Source of the DNA: an uncultured virus (IMG/VR IMGVR_UViG_2667528152_000001) | Lineage: Duplodnaviria; Heunggongvirae; Uroviricota; Caudoviricetes | Virus record (IMG/VR): IMGVR_UViG_2667528152_000001 | DNA length: 64,000 bases | Reading direction: 5' to 3' (one strand) | Shown: positions 8,268 through 19,134 of the stretch, in pieces | Layout: each line of letters starts with the position of its first letter | How positions within the stretch are numbered: position 1 is the stretch's first letter | The notes under the pieces: generated by a model | What the model was told of the DNA's origin: nothing | What the model saw: only the letters and a program-made list of their open reading frames with translations | Databases searched by the model: none | Translations under genes and position numbers: made by a program

Positions 8268-10279
8268 TTGATTTGTCCTTTAACATTAACCGCCCATTTT
8301 GATGGGTTGAACCATAAAATACGACCATCTGCACTAACTTGTACATTTAATACATTTAATTGCACAGTCCACGCAGTAACCGCAAACATCATTTCGTTTG
8401 GAATTAAATTCGTTGGCATGGAACCGACCGTAAACTGGTTTATTCCATTTGTTGCAAAGTCATATTTAATAGTGACCATGCTACCAATTTTCCTGTAATT
8501 AAAACCGTTGCCGATGTATTGCCAACCAGTATCTTCTACCGCTGGTGCGGATTGCGGTAAGCTATCTTTTTTAGCGTACTCACTCCAACCGCTCCATGAC
8601 CCATTTTCCAAAACTCTTGTAAAAATGGTTTTGTTCGTGCGGTCATAAAATTGTTGATAAGCGTAATTGGCTGTCTCGTGTCTTACAACTGTTAAATAGC
8701 CCGGTCCAGCACCACTTGGTCTATTAGCACCTCTAAATACACAATAAAAACCTGTGTCTTGCAAGCTATTTAGGTCAGTGTCGTCATGTCTAAAAGAACC
8801 GCCGTTGTTAAGAGCGAGTTGTTTTTGTTGGATTGGCTTATCGCCACAATAAATATTACCATCAACATAAACATCGCCTTTGGCATCAATAATACCATGT
8901 TCCCAAATTTTCCCAAATGCAACACCAGAAGGTGCTTTAGTTACAAGTACAAACTCACTTGCAACTGGTTGGATTATTGGTGTTGCTGACATTAGGTTAT
9001 CACTCACCGAAATCTTAACAAGCCATGATTTTGACTTGTCATAAGTGCCGCCAAGATTTAAAGGGGCACCTGACATTTGGGAAATTGTTGACCAGGTATT
9101 TGTAGCTGCGCCACTATCAACTGCATAGATACCAGTATTGTATGGTGCAACAGATACCGACATTTTGAGTTGGTTTTTTTGTATTCCACCAACTATAATT
9201 GGTGCAATCTTAACAAATGGCAAGACTTGTAAAATATCAGGATTTTGCTGAGACCTGACTACTTTTGCACTTGTAACAATTGGTAAAAAATAATCAATAA
9301 CATTAATTTTTGTGTCAACTGGTTCTGATGTTAGACCTCTGCTATCAGTTACCGTAGCTCTGATTGTTGCTGTTCCAACAAAATCCAACATATCAAAAAC
9401 ACTACCATTTCCAAAAATAGCTTTGCCTTTTTCAACAATTTCAGCATTATATGAGCTAATAGTTGAACCATTAGCACCTGCCGAGTTACCAAAAGACACC
9501 TTTAATTTACTCATGTTCCTGACATAGTTATTGCCAGTTATCAAACTACCTGTCAGAGTGTTAGCATCAGATAAACTAATACTTGCCAATATTGGCTTAT
9601 ATGCAGCAATGTCTGGCACTGTTGCAGTAAAGGTATACTTGTTCTCACCGATTTTTTGACTATCACTTGTAAATGTTTCTACAATCAAAGTTCCTGTACC
9701 ACTTCGGTCATTTGGTATCAAGACAGACAGTGATGCAGGCAACGTCCATGAGTAAGATGTGTCAACTAAAGATGCAATCGTGCCTGTTAGACCTTTAAAA
9801 TCAAATTTCAATGTGTGTCTAAAAGTATCTGATTGTCTTTTGATAGTAATAGCAACTGCACTACCAATATTTCCGCTTGCTATTGTCGCTGTACTAGCAC
9901 GCTTTATTGTTGGTAAGCTAACTGAATTTGTTACTGATGCCGACCCATAGTTGCTAAAATTGATAGGCAGCGTTACCGTAACATTAAATTTTGGTTTTGA
10001 TCCATAAGAGTTATGATTTATACGGTAGCTATATGTACCTAATTCTTTTGTCTGACCATAATTAATGTCTACGTTGACACTCTCATTATAAGATTTGCCA
10101 TCAACAACTATTGTCATTGTACGTTCGCCAGGGTAGTCAATATAACCATAGGAGCTAATTTTTTCGTAGACTTTAACTGTGACCGTACTGTAATTACCAA
10201 CTAAATTTTGTGTATAGCTTGTTCGTACATCTAATGTTAGATTGTTACCCCAAGTTCCACTAAATGTTGATGTTCCCAT
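8255..10279 (-). CDS. Minor structural/tail fibre protein (DUF859-like)
   Basis: LPTIKRAS motif, GVAFGK and DLNSLQDTGFY...WSGWSEY fibre motifs. Confidence 0.8.
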   Translation of the reverse strand: MGTSTFSGTWGNNLTLDVRTSYTQNLVGNYSTVTVKVYEKISSYGYIDYPGERTMTIVVDGKSYNESVNVDINYGQTKELGTYSYRINHNSYGSKPKFNVTVTLPINFSNYGSASVTNSVSLPTIKRASTATIASGNIGSAVAITIKRQSDTFRHTLKFDFKGLTGTIASLVDTSYSWTLPASLSVLIPNDRSGTGTLIVETFTSDSQKIGENKYTFTATVPDIAAYKPILASISLSDANTLTGSLITGNNYVRNMSKLKVSFGNSAGANGSTISSYNAEIVEKGKAIFGNGSVFDMLDFVGTATIRATVTDSRGLTSEPVDTKINVIDYFLPIVTSAKVVRSQQNPDILQVLPFVKIAPIIVGGIQKNQLKMSVSVAPYNTGIYAVDSGAATNTWSTISQMSGAPLNLGGTYDKSKSWLVKISVSDNLMSATPIIQPVASEFVLVTKAPSGVAFGKIWEHGIIDAKGDVYVDGNIYCGDKPIQQKQLALNNGGSFRHDDTDLNSLQDTGFYCVFRGANRPSGAGPGYLTVVRHETANYAYQQFYDRTNKTIFTRVLENGSWSGWSEYAKKDSLPQSAPAVEDTGWQYIGNGFNYRKIGSMVTIKYDFATNGINQFTVGSMPTNLIPNEMMFAVTAWTVQLNVLNVQVSADGRILWFNPSKWAVNVKGQINWII

Positions 10280-10289
10280 TTCTCACCTC

Positions 10290-13200
10290 CTAACTATTCC
10301 TAATCGCTCTGATTACATTAAATAATGGATTTCTGTCATAGACTTCTTCAACAAAATTTCCAATCTGTATACGCTCTGTAAACAGACCATTCTTTATCGT
10401 TAAGGTATCACCTGTTAGTGTCATTTGAGCAACACCATTAGTAACAAAGGAGATGCTGTCATTTGATAGGAATAACTTAGCTTTGCCATCTTTGTCACCA
10501 ATGGCAATCCCCTCTTCACCAATCAATGTCTCGTTGTTGATAAAGCTAAATTTTGCACTTGCCTCACCTAAAAGTTGTTTAAACTCAGTTGTACGATCAA
10601 ACAATTGAGCAATGTCGTTTGCAACTTTTTGCTTTTCGTCTATCGTATTTAAGTCATACCAAAGCTTCCACTTAGTTTCAACTTCGCTGAGTGTATGCTG
10701 CATAGCCTCAGCAATTGCATTTTCTCTTGCTATAGCAGTTCTTTCTTCAAGAGCTAGAATTTGTGCTCGGGTTAATTCTTGATCAGCTTTTGAATCAAGA
10801 TTACTTGCTTTATCAGCTTCTGACTCTTGCCAATCTCCAGATTTATTACCTTTGACAAGCATATATCCACCAGTCATAAACCAACCTGCATCACTGGCAA
10901 GCATGGCAAAGCGTGGTTTTATTTTACCGTCTCTGAGCGGTACAAATGTAACTTTAAACATCTGGATATCTGTAGTGACATTTTCAATTATCGTCTCACG
11001 AGGTGTGTTACTTGTGATATGGTTTGCAAACAAGTCATACAAATAGAAGTACAATCTTCCAGCATTTTCTCTTGCTATAGCAGCTGTAAAAGTGTATGTT
11101 ACACCAGCTTTAACATCAAACTCGATAGTGTGACTAACCTTATTTCCAGACTTCCATTTCTTAAATTCAAATGGATATTCGCTGATTTTTGTAGTCTCAA
11201 ATATTGTACCTTCGGTAAACCAACTTCCAGAAAATGATTTTGTACCATCAAGTAAATTTTGAGTACCAATGACAACATTAGCAGACATATCAATCCACTT
11301 GTAGTCAAGATAATTTGTTGATTGCGTTAATCCAGTATAAGTACCGATAAATCTTCTATTTTTAGCTTCAGTAATACTAAAGTCAACTTTTCCATCTTTC
11401 GAATTGGCCCACGCTGTCCATGATGTAGCACCATCATCGCCTTTTTCTCCATCCTCAGTATCTGTAAAGGATATTTGCGTACTTGCTACAAGTTCCTCGT
11501 TAACATAAGCTTCGACTGTTATGTTTAAAACATGGTTAAAGTCACTTGCTTTAACTGTTAGCGAAGGACCTATCTCAATCAGTGAGTCGCCATTTTTATA
11601 AAAATAAATAGCATCGTAATCTTTCCCATTTTTTTGCAGGTTAGGCGTTAATACAGACTCACCAACCCCATTTTTAAAAGCAACTCCGTTTGAAGTCGCT
11701 AGTTGTATATCGTATGGAATTGACTCATCGTATAGACGCAACATATCACTAATTAAGTCGGAAGCTAACTGACTTTCTTTTTCGACAAAATTGCTGAATT
11801 TAGTTTTGTTAGAGCTGGGATTTGTTATTGATATTTCTTGCTCAATAACCCTCGCTGTGAGAATTAGCGGTGGCTCGTATCCGTCGTCCTGTATCCGCAC
11901 AACATCACCAAGTTCTAAGTCAACATAGCCATCAACTTCGTATGTAATTGCTGGATATGCGTGTGCTTTTAAGTCTTTTAGACCTGTTGACATCAAGACT
12001 TCTTGACTATCAGTCTCGACTTCCATGTCTTTTCGTATCCAGTTGTCTCGTGTCTCATTACCGGTTAAAACAGATGGATAGCGGTCTCTTGAAAGTGGTG
12101 CGTACAAAAATCCATTTTTGAGATAGTACTCTACTTTACCGTTTTCATCTTTCCACTCTTTGTAGATAGAGTTGTCAATATAGATGATTTGTTCTTCTTC
12201 ATATGTTTCTGTTTGCGCCTCTTGTACAACTTCTTCGTACGATATCTGTGTTCCACCAGTAACTTGCTGAGTAGTTGCACCATTGACAGACATACCTTGC
12301 GCTATTTCACGAGGGTAACATACTGTCTGCAATCCTCTAGCAAAAGCGTTAATCTCATACGAGTTTTCCATGACATACATGCGTCCAGCGTAATTCTGCT
12401 CTAAGACAGTGACTCTTGTTTTAGACACACTCTTGATAATCCCTGTGTGCCCCCATTGTGTTGTATAAAATGGAGCACCAAAATTTGCTTTAACATTATA
12501 GATACCGCCAGCTTGCAAGTTGCCAGCATTAGGCGACCTGTCTAGCTTCCAACCATAAGCACCCCAGTTATAATCAGTGCCGATTAAGGCAGCAGCCATA
12601 CCGCCTCCGATACGACCTCTAATACCACCAACCGAGCTGTCAATCCAAGCGCCGTCTAACTTCTTAGCGTACCAACCAGACAAAGCATAACACTGTCCTG
12701 AGCCGATTCTGCGACCTTTAAGTCTAGTAGCTTCATTTAGTGCTTGCATTGTCTTAGTAGCTCTTCTAGCTACGTTTACGGCTGTTATAGGCTGTACTGG
12801 TGTTTGCCACAGCTTATCAATCGTATTGAGGATATTTCCAGTTACTTTATTGATACCATTTCGGATATTAGTCATCAAATTTGTGTAGCTTTGATATCCT
12901 GCTGCTGCATAGTCATATTTAGCTCCACCAGCTCTAAAAAGCCCTTTTGTATAGTCTGCTATATTCTTTTTGCCGACGACATTATAAATCCCTTGTTTTG
13001 CTAAAAGATAAGTGTAATCTTTTAAAAAGTCATCTACACTTGCATAGTGCATGTATGTTCCACCCTCGTTTGCAGGACGAGCCATCCCAGTAGTGACTTT
13101 TACTCCACTTGGACGCGTCTGTGCTCCACCGCTCATACCTGCCCAGTTGTTGTCACGTTTACCAACTGTCGAATCACCCCAAAAACTCTCTAAATAAAGT

Positions 13201-14117
13201 TGCGTGATGATTCCACTTGGCAAAATATTATATTGCACTGCGTAGTTAATAATAGCTTGTACGTTAGCTTTTTTGATTGTATGACCATAATATTTAAGGT
13301 CTCCGCCTAAATATGTACGATTTGACCCAACTGTTTTAGTGACTTTGCGAGTTACAGGATTAGAAATAACGCGCTCGCCTTTGACTGTCTTTTTGCCATA
13401 CGGGCGTATGGCGTTGTAAATCTGGCGCTTGTCTAATTTTTTAGTGATACCAGTTACATTTTTTTGATATCTCAACACTATGTCGCTGCGGTCACGACCT
13501 ACGCCATAGGACACGCCCTCTTCGTATTCCTTGTACACATTTACAATAAACGCTTTAAACGTGTGATTGTTGTGTAATTGAGTTTCAAATTCAACTTCCG
13601 CATCAAAATTATTAGCAATCGATAACAAGCGAGCTAACTTAGTGTCTTGACCAGTCCATTCCAATGTCAGTTTTTTGTCCTTAACTTCGTTTGTGCCAAT
13701 TGTCAAAGCACCCCAATTTAAAATATCAAACTGCACAAGATACTCTTCAAATGACATTGCTTTAGTTGCTTTATATGCGTTGCAATACTCGTTTAGTAAC
13801 TCTAAATTAAGATTTTCGCAATAGCAATGTATTTTTGTCTCTGTTTCCTCGACTTGCATGATGTTAAACAATTGTACTTTACCTTTGTGTACAAAAGAGA
13901 CAAATGCTTGATCGTTTAGTGCGTGATATTTGTGATTAAGTGGATTGTCACCCAACAGCGTTTTTTTATAAACTGAAAACTCAAAGGCTGACGAACCAGT
14001 TGTGAGCTGTCTAGTCCACAAATCATCATAATAATTAAGTGCTCCTTGTTTATCATTGTCTAAAAGCAAAACTGGATGTAACTTAGAATCATGTATTACT
14101 AGCGTTATTATAACCAC
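10290..14117 (-). CDS. Tail-associated lysin/host-specificity protein
   Basis: Prophage tail endopeptidase N-terminus, glucosaminidase (QLYLESFWG, YAAAGY), CHAP (GQCYAL, GHTG, LEQN) and TWTAWANS-like anti-receptor region. Confidence 0.88.
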   Translation of the reverse strand: MVIITLVIHDSKLHPVLLLDNDKQGALNYYDDLWTRQLTTGSSAFEFSVYKKTLLGDNPLNHKYHALNDQAFVSFVHKGKVQLFNIMQVEETETKIHCYCENLNLELLNEYCNAYKATKAMSFEEYLVQFDILNWGALTIGTNEVKDKKLTLEWTGQDTKLARLLSIANNFDAEVEFETQLHNNHTFKAFIVNVYKEYEEGVSYGVGRDRSDIVLRYQKNVTGITKKLDKRQIYNAIRPYGKKTVKGERVISNPVTRKVTKTVGSNRTYLGGDLKYYGHTIKKANVQAIINYAVQYNILPSGIITQLYLESFWGDSTVGKRDNNWAGMSGGAQTRPSGVKVTTGMARPANEGGTYMHYASVDDFLKDYTYLLAKQGIYNVVGKKNIADYTKGLFRAGGAKYDYAAAGYQSYTNLMTNIRNGINKVTGNILNTIDKLWQTPVQPITAVNVARRATKTMQALNEATRLKGRRIGSGQCYALSGWYAKKLDGAWIDSSVGGIRGRIGGGMAAALIGTDYNWGAYGWKLDRSPNAGNLQAGGIYNVKANFGAPFYTTQWGHTGIIKSVSKTRVTVLEQNYAGRMYVMENSYEINAFARGLQTVCYPREIAQGMSVNGATTQQVTGGTQISYEEVVQEAQTETYEEEQIIYIDNSIYKEWKDENGKVEYYLKNGFLYAPLSRDRYPSVLTGNETRDNWIRKDMEVETDSQEVLMSTGLKDLKAHAYPAITYEVDGYVDLELGDVVRIQDDGYEPPLILTARVIEQEISITNPSSNKTKFSNFVEKESQLASDLISDMLRLYDESIPYDIQLATSNGVAFKNGVGESVLTPNLQKNGKDYDAIYFYKNGDSLIEIGPSLTVKASDFNHVLNITVEAYVNEELVASTQISFTDTEDGEKGDDGATSWTAWANSKDGKVDFSITEAKNRRFIGTYTGLTQSTNYLDYKWIDMSANVVIGTQNLLDGTKSFSGSWFTEGTIFETTKISEYPFEFKKWKSGNKVSHTIEFDVKAGVTYTFTAAIARENAGRLYFYLYDLFANHITSNTPRETIIENVTTDIQMFKVTFVPLRDGKIKPRFAMLASDAGWFMTGGYMLVKGNKSGDWQESEADKASNLDSKADQELTRAQILALEERTAIARENAIAEAMQHTLSEVETKWKLWYDLNTIDEKQKVANDIAQLFDRTTEFKQLLGEASAKFSFINNETLIGEEGIAIGDKDGKAKLFLSNDSISFVTNGVAQMTLTGDTLTIKNGLFTERIQIGNFVEEVYDRNPLFNVIRAIRNS

Positions 14118-15670
14118 CTCTCTTCCATCAATATCTCAACGTTTGGCGCAGATTGAGAAAACTTAGATACCTGCATTACTAATTCTGTTTTTCCGGGTGG
14201 GATAGATATAAGTTGCGAACCTAAAACCATGTCTTGAATAGAATCTAAGTCTTTTGTTTTGACTGTGTCGTTTTCAAAATTGATAACTACTTCATCTCCG
14301 GGCTGATACTTGTTAACAATGTTGTTATAGTGAGATACACCCATTTTTTCAAAGTTGACTTTTTCAAACAGGTTGTAGTTGATATATTTAGAGCTATCGC
14401 TACATGTCCCCATCGCAAGATGTATCTTGCGGGATTTTTTCCCTTTAAGGGACGGAACAGTTACATGATGATGCGCACCGTTAAAGTAAATACGAAACTT
14501 ATCTTCTTCTCTAAAAATCTCAACCGCTCTACTTCTATTCATTGAAAAAGGATTGTGATAATTCCTATCTGCTAGAAATGTAAACTGCTTATAAAAGCGC
14601 CAGCCAACTCCATCATCATCAAGAGCAAAAAAGTTATACTCTGTTTCAAAACCGTTTTTACGCTTGTAGGTTTCAACACCATATAAAAATTCATCGTTTT
14701 CGCCAGTTACACAAAGCTTTAAAAATCCTTTTTGGTCTTGCGCTGTTGCAATAAAAATCTGTTGCCACCACAGGTGCTCATTGAGAGTGTATTCTCCGTT
14801 TGAATCAGGATTGATAATAAACGTTCGAGTCCCAACATGCTCGCCGTAACCCGGTGTAGTTCCTCTAGCACCAATAGCTACATACTCTCCACCTTTGCCA
14901 GAGCCTAAAATATTATCAAGGCGCATGCGCTTTAATTCCGAGTCAAATGTTGGTGGCATATAGTTGAGTTTTGCGACGTTGGGCGCACCTTCTAAAGCTT
15001 GTGCAATAGCTTTTGAGTAATCAAAAAGGGATTCGTTGCGATGAACGATAGTCCCATCTTCTTCCTCCGATGATCCAAGTGCAAAAGCGCCCGTTTCATT
15101 TGCGATACCGATATAACCGTTTTCAGAGTTATGTTTAATTTTGATTATTGGATAAGCGTTAGTATTACCATCATTTTGCAAATTAAAAATAAGCTTGTTG
15201 CCTTCTTGCGTATAGTCCGAAAACTTTTTGTAAGTAGTTGAATGCGCAACGCCATCTGGGATGTAAAACTCAATAACCGTTTCATCGTACCAATCAGATA
15301 TTCCTTTTAAGTCAATATCACCTTTTGGAACAGCCATATAATATCTGTCAGGTTCATCTGGTAATGTAAGTTTAAAGGTCGTCTTACTGTGCAAAATACC
15401 AGCTATTTTTTCTCTTAATTTATTTAAGTTTTCGTAACTATAAGTCGACGGTTCTGTCGTGTCTACAAATTTACTTGCTCCTATTTCTTTAGTTTTAAAA
15501 CTAACAGTAACAAAAATAGTCTTAGCGCCAAAACTAACCGATTGAATGGCTTCTCCTAATTCATTTATTTTTCTGGTAGCAATAGACCTATTATTACCTA
15601 TAGTCCTCACTATGTTTAAACAATTCAAAAAAGGCGATAAATCAACGCCTTTATAACTAAAATTTGCCAA
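14108..15670 (-). CDS. Distal tail protein (Dit)
   Basis: PDEPDRYY, IPDGVAHS and terminal EERWL; follows the tape measure gene. Confidence 0.85.
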   Translation of the reverse strand: MANFSYKGVDLSPFLNCLNIVRTIGNNRSIATRKINELGEAIQSVSFGAKTIFVTVSFKTKEIGASKFVDTTEPSTYSYENLNKLREKIAGILHSKTTFKLTLPDEPDRYYMAVPKGDIDLKGISDWYDETVIEFYIPDGVAHSTTYKKFSDYTQEGNKLIFNLQNDGNTNAYPIIKIKHNSENGYIGIANETGAFALGSSEEEDGTIVHRNESLFDYSKAIAQALEGAPNVAKLNYMPPTFDSELKRMRLDNILGSGKGGEYVAIGARGTTPGYGEHVGTRTFIINPDSNGEYTLNEHLWWQQIFIATAQDQKGFLKLCVTGENDEFLYGVETYKRKNGFETEYNFFALDDDGVGWRFYKQFTFLADRNYHNPFSMNRSRAVEIFREEDKFRIYFNGAHHHVTVPSLKGKKSRKIHLAMGTCSDSSKYINYNLFEKVNFEKMGVSHYNNIVNKYQPGDEVVINFENDTVKTKDLDSIQDMVLGSQLISIPPGKTELVMQVSKFSQSAPNVEILMEERWL

Positions 15671-18319
15671 TTATATCAAACCTTTCATTCTATTATTCAT
15701 TATTTCTTTTTGTTTTTGGTATTCTGTGAAGTTGTCTCCAGCTGTTCGAGCTAATTCTTTACCATTCACAGTCACTACAACGTCTCTATTAGCAAAATCT
15801 CTAATAGCTAAAACCGCATCTTTCAATGCGACAAATCTATCATCTTCTAATTTTCTTGCTGAGTCATTTAGTCCGCCAAAACTTGCATAATGAGTCACGT
15901 CAAAACTACTTTGTAAACCTTCCGTAATTTCCGATATGTTGATATCTTTAAGTTTATTCAATCCGTTTTGAAACTCCTCAGAAATACGACTAGCCATACT
16001 AGAAACATTTTTCTTGACTGGTTCAAAGCTATCTGTAAGAGATTTATTAAAACCTCCCATTATAGCTCTACCCGCTGGAATAAGTAATGTTCTATCGTAA
16101 CTTATTGGCCCTTTATGCTCTTGAATCCATCCAGCGATACCACCGACAAAATTTTTGACTTTTTCAAAAGCTGAGGTCAATCCATTTAAAAATCCATCCA
16201 TTATAGCTCTACCAGCTGCTCCTAAGTTAATATTAGCAAGGGAATTAAGAATGTTTTTTATACGGTTAACTACACTAGAAACGACTTCTTTCGCAGCATT
16301 AATAGCTGTTGAAATACCGTTTTTCATCGCATTAAATGCTAGTATAGCGACACTTTTTGCTGTATTAATTTTAGATGATATCTCGTTTCCAATAGCACTC
16401 ATTCCAGCAGCTACTACGTTAACCAAAAATTTTAGCGTCACAGAAAATATACCTTTTATAGCACTCCATCCAGCAGAAAAAACTGATACGAAAACACCCA
16501 GCATACTTACAAATAAACTAACTAAAAACGTCAAACCTCCAATTATTATGTTTTTTATACCTTCCCAAATTGCTCCTACTCCAGATTTGATAGCGGTCCA
16601 TGCTGCATTCCAATCACCATTTATAATTGCTAATATCACTTTTATAGTTGTGTTGATGACAGACATGCCAACTTGTACCACGCCTGTTATAACCAGAAAC
16701 AAACCACTTAGAGCCTCAACAAGCGCACTCCAAGCTAACTTTAAACCGCCAATAAAAGTAGCGCTGTTAGCTTGTATGAAAGTGAAAATTGATAATATTA
16801 GTTGTTTCAATGTTTCGATTAGTGGGGTGACTGCATCAACCATTGATTTCCAACCAGAAATAATTGTATTTCTAAATGTCTCAGATGTGTTCCAAGCGAC
16901 TACAAGTGCAGCTATAAATGCTCCGATTGCTGCAACAACTAAAATTACAGGTCCTGAAATTATTGAAAAGATTCCTGCTATTGCCGTGAACGCTGTAGAA
17001 ACTCCTGCTAAAGAAGCAGTTACTTGACCAATAAAAATAATTACTGTTCCAAAAATGACCAAAAGAGGCCCAAGAGCTGCGCCAATACCTCCAATAATAA
17101 CTGCCAGCTTTTGCCCAGCAGGAGATAACTTGTTGAACCAATCTATGACTGCTTGGATTTTACCAATAACTCCTTGCAACAATGGATTTAATATACCACC
17201 GATTGTAATGCCGGCTGTTTCTAAAGAACCTTTGAGCTGTTCAATTGTTCCTTTAAGACCGCTATTCATAGTGTTTGCCATTTTGTCAGCAGCACCTTTT
17301 GAATTTTTCAACCCTTCGGTTAATTTAGATAACTCGCCTGGGGTAGCGTTAATTAAAGCAAGCATCCCTGACAGAGACTCTTTACCAAATAAAATTGATA
17401 AAGCTGCAGATTTTTGTTGATCTGTCAATCCAGACATTTTTTCTCTTAGTTGTCCTGTTATTTCTGTCAAAGAACGCATCTTCCCATTCGTATCAAAAAA
17501 AGACAATCCGAGACCATCAATAACAGCTTGCATTTGGTCTGTCGGTTTTGCTAATCTGGTGATAGCTGTTCTAAGAGTTGTACCAGCTTGAGAGCCTTTT
17601 ATACCAGCGTTTGACATAATACCTATTGCTGCTGCGGTTTCTTCCATAGAAATTCCCATAGCTCCTGCAACTGGTCCTGCGTATTTTAACGCTTCCGCCA
17701 TGTCTGCAACCTCTGAGTTTGTATCTGCTGCAGCTTTTGCGAACACATCGGCTACATGAGTGGCTTCACTTGCGTTCAAGCTAAACATATTTACCGCAGT
17801 CGCTGCCGCTTCTGAGGCAAGAGCTAGATCTCCACCAGATGCTGCAGCCAAAGACATTACTCCGGGTGAAGCTGCTAAGATTTGATTTGCGTTAAATCCT
17901 GCTGATGCCATCATTTCTTGACCTTGTGCAACTTCCTTAGCACTAAAAACAGACGATGCCCCAAGATCAATAGCTTGTTTTCTTAACTTTTCAAAATCTG
18001 CCCCGGTAGCTCCAGAGATTGCTTTTACTCTGTTCATTTGAGATTCAAAATCTCCAAATGTTTTTGCAGCAGCGACTCCTAACCCAACTATTGGAAGTGT
18101 GACGTATTTTGAAAGGCTACGCCCAACACTTTGCATCCCTTGACCTACCATAGTCGTATATTCGCCGATTTTCCCAAGCGTAGATATGTTGCTATCTTTT
18201 ATTGATTTTATTTTATCAATAGTAGCTTGTGCAGCAGATTGAACTTTGTTCATAGTGCTTGTAAAATTAGTATCTGTTGCTTTTAAAATCGCTTGTACTG
18301 TGTACGATCGATTAGACAT
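15671..18319 (-). CDS. Tail tape measure protein
   Basis: TP901-family TMP core (FESQMNRVKAISGATG, GIKGSQAGTTLR), 882 aa. Confidence 0.93.
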   Translation of the reverse strand: MSNRSYTVQAILKATDTNFTSTMNKVQSAAQATIDKIKSIKDSNISTLGKIGEYTTMVGQGMQSVGRSLSKYVTLPIVGLGVAAAKTFGDFESQMNRVKAISGATGADFEKLRKQAIDLGASSVFSAKEVAQGQEMMASAGFNANQILAASPGVMSLAAASGGDLALASEAAATAVNMFSLNASEATHVADVFAKAAADTNSEVADMAEALKYAGPVAGAMGISMEETAAAIGIMSNAGIKGSQAGTTLRTAITRLAKPTDQMQAVIDGLGLSFFDTNGKMRSLTEITGQLREKMSGLTDQQKSAALSILFGKESLSGMLALINATPGELSKLTEGLKNSKGAADKMANTMNSGLKGTIEQLKGSLETAGITIGGILNPLLQGVIGKIQAVIDWFNKLSPAGQKLAVIIGGIGAALGPLLVIFGTVIIFIGQVTASLAGVSTAFTAIAGIFSIISGPVILVVAAIGAFIAALVVAWNTSETFRNTIISGWKSMVDAVTPLIETLKQLILSIFTFIQANSATFIGGLKLAWSALVEALSGLFLVITGVVQVGMSVINTTIKVILAIINGDWNAAWTAIKSGVGAIWEGIKNIIIGGLTFLVSLFVSMLGVFVSVFSAGWSAIKGIFSVTLKFLVNVVAAGMSAIGNEISSKINTAKSVAILAFNAMKNGISTAINAAKEVVSSVVNRIKNILNSLANINLGAAGRAIMDGFLNGLTSAFEKVKNFVGGIAGWIQEHKGPISYDRTLLIPAGRAIMGGFNKSLTDSFEPVKKNVSSMASRISEEFQNGLNKLKDINISEITEGLQSSFDVTHYASFGGLNDSARKLEDDRFVALKDAVLAIRDFANRDVVVTVNGKELARTAGDNFTEYQKQKEIMNNRMKGLI

Positions 18320-18779
18320 TAATACCTCCTTTCTCTCTCAACTCTTTTACCCTTTTAGCTCTATTAACAATAGTTTTATCCAATTGTTTGGGTTTATCAC
18401 CTAACAATTTTCTCTTCCGCTCATCGTAATCATAAAAATCTTTAAAATCTTTATAAATATACTCACCACTTTGGTTGGTGGCTTCTGCGTTTCTTTTTAT
18501 AAAAGCGCTAAGATAGATATTTCTTTCGGTCTCTAAATGCTTGATTAAATACCCTTTCATCCTAAGATTGTATTCTCTGACAGTCATATTCCTAGCGACA
18601 TCATAGTCAGTTACATTCAGTAACCCGAAAATGTTAGCTATTATTTCGTTGTACGTTTCTAGAGAATTTTTTTCGTTCTCTTTGTTGCCGTTTGCAGACT
18701 CAATTTTTAGTTCATGCTTTTTAGTAATTGTTTCACTTGTGCTTTCGATAGTGGCGCTTTCTTCAAACTCGTTAAAAAA
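18312..18779 (-). CDS. Tail assembly chaperone gpT segment (reached by -1 frameshift)
   Basis: The -1 frame is open from the slippery heptamer T TTT TTA (18773-18779) to the stop at 18312. Confidence 0.8.
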   Translation of the reverse strand, partial: FFNEFEESATIESTSETITKKHELKIESANGNKENEKNSLETYNEIIANIFGLLNVTDYDVARNMTVREYNLRMKGYLIKHLETERNIYLSAFIKRNAEATNQSGEYIYKDFKDFYDYDERKRKLLGDKPKQLDKTIVNRAKRVKELREKGGINV

Positions 18780-19060
18780 CCTTCAAAAACCTCTTCAAGC
18801 TTATTGTCTTCCGCTTGTTTAATTGCCCATTTTTCGATTTCTTCCTTGCTTGGAATGCTATTCAAAGTGTGTGTTGCTGACAAGATAATATCTTCTAGAA
18901 TTAGGGGGTTTTTGATAGATAATTGTAATGTTGCTGTTTGGATACCTGTTCCAAATTTAAAACCGTTGTTTTCAACGAAATGCCTCTTGTCCATCTCACG
19001 GATGAAGTCAAACCCAAAGTTTAATGGGTAAGTTTTTCCTGCGATTGTAATTTCTTTCAT
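18707..19060 (-). CDS. Tail assembly chaperone gpG
   Basis: KTYPLNFGFDFIREMDK; lies between the major tail and TMP genes. Confidence 0.85.
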   Translation of the reverse strand: MKEITIAGKTYPLNFGFDFIREMDKRHFVENNGFKFGTGIQTATLQLSIKNPLILEDIILSATHTLNSIPSKEEIEKWAIKQAEDNKLEEVFEGFLTSLKKAPLSKAQVKQLLKSMN

Positions 19061-19134
19061 TTTTGATTTTCTCTCCTTAAAAAAATAACAAGGGTAAAAA
19101 CCCTTGTTTTAAAAATTAATTGCCTTGTGTTAGA

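Noticed and set aside
8255..14117. Diversity-generating retroelement or shufflon acting on tail genes
   Set aside because: No reverse transcriptase, invertase or template/variable repeat pair was seen in the window.
16155..17420. Long plus-strand ORFs (290 and 121 aa)
   Set aside because: Antisense shadows of the tape measure gene; no SD or recognisable motifs.
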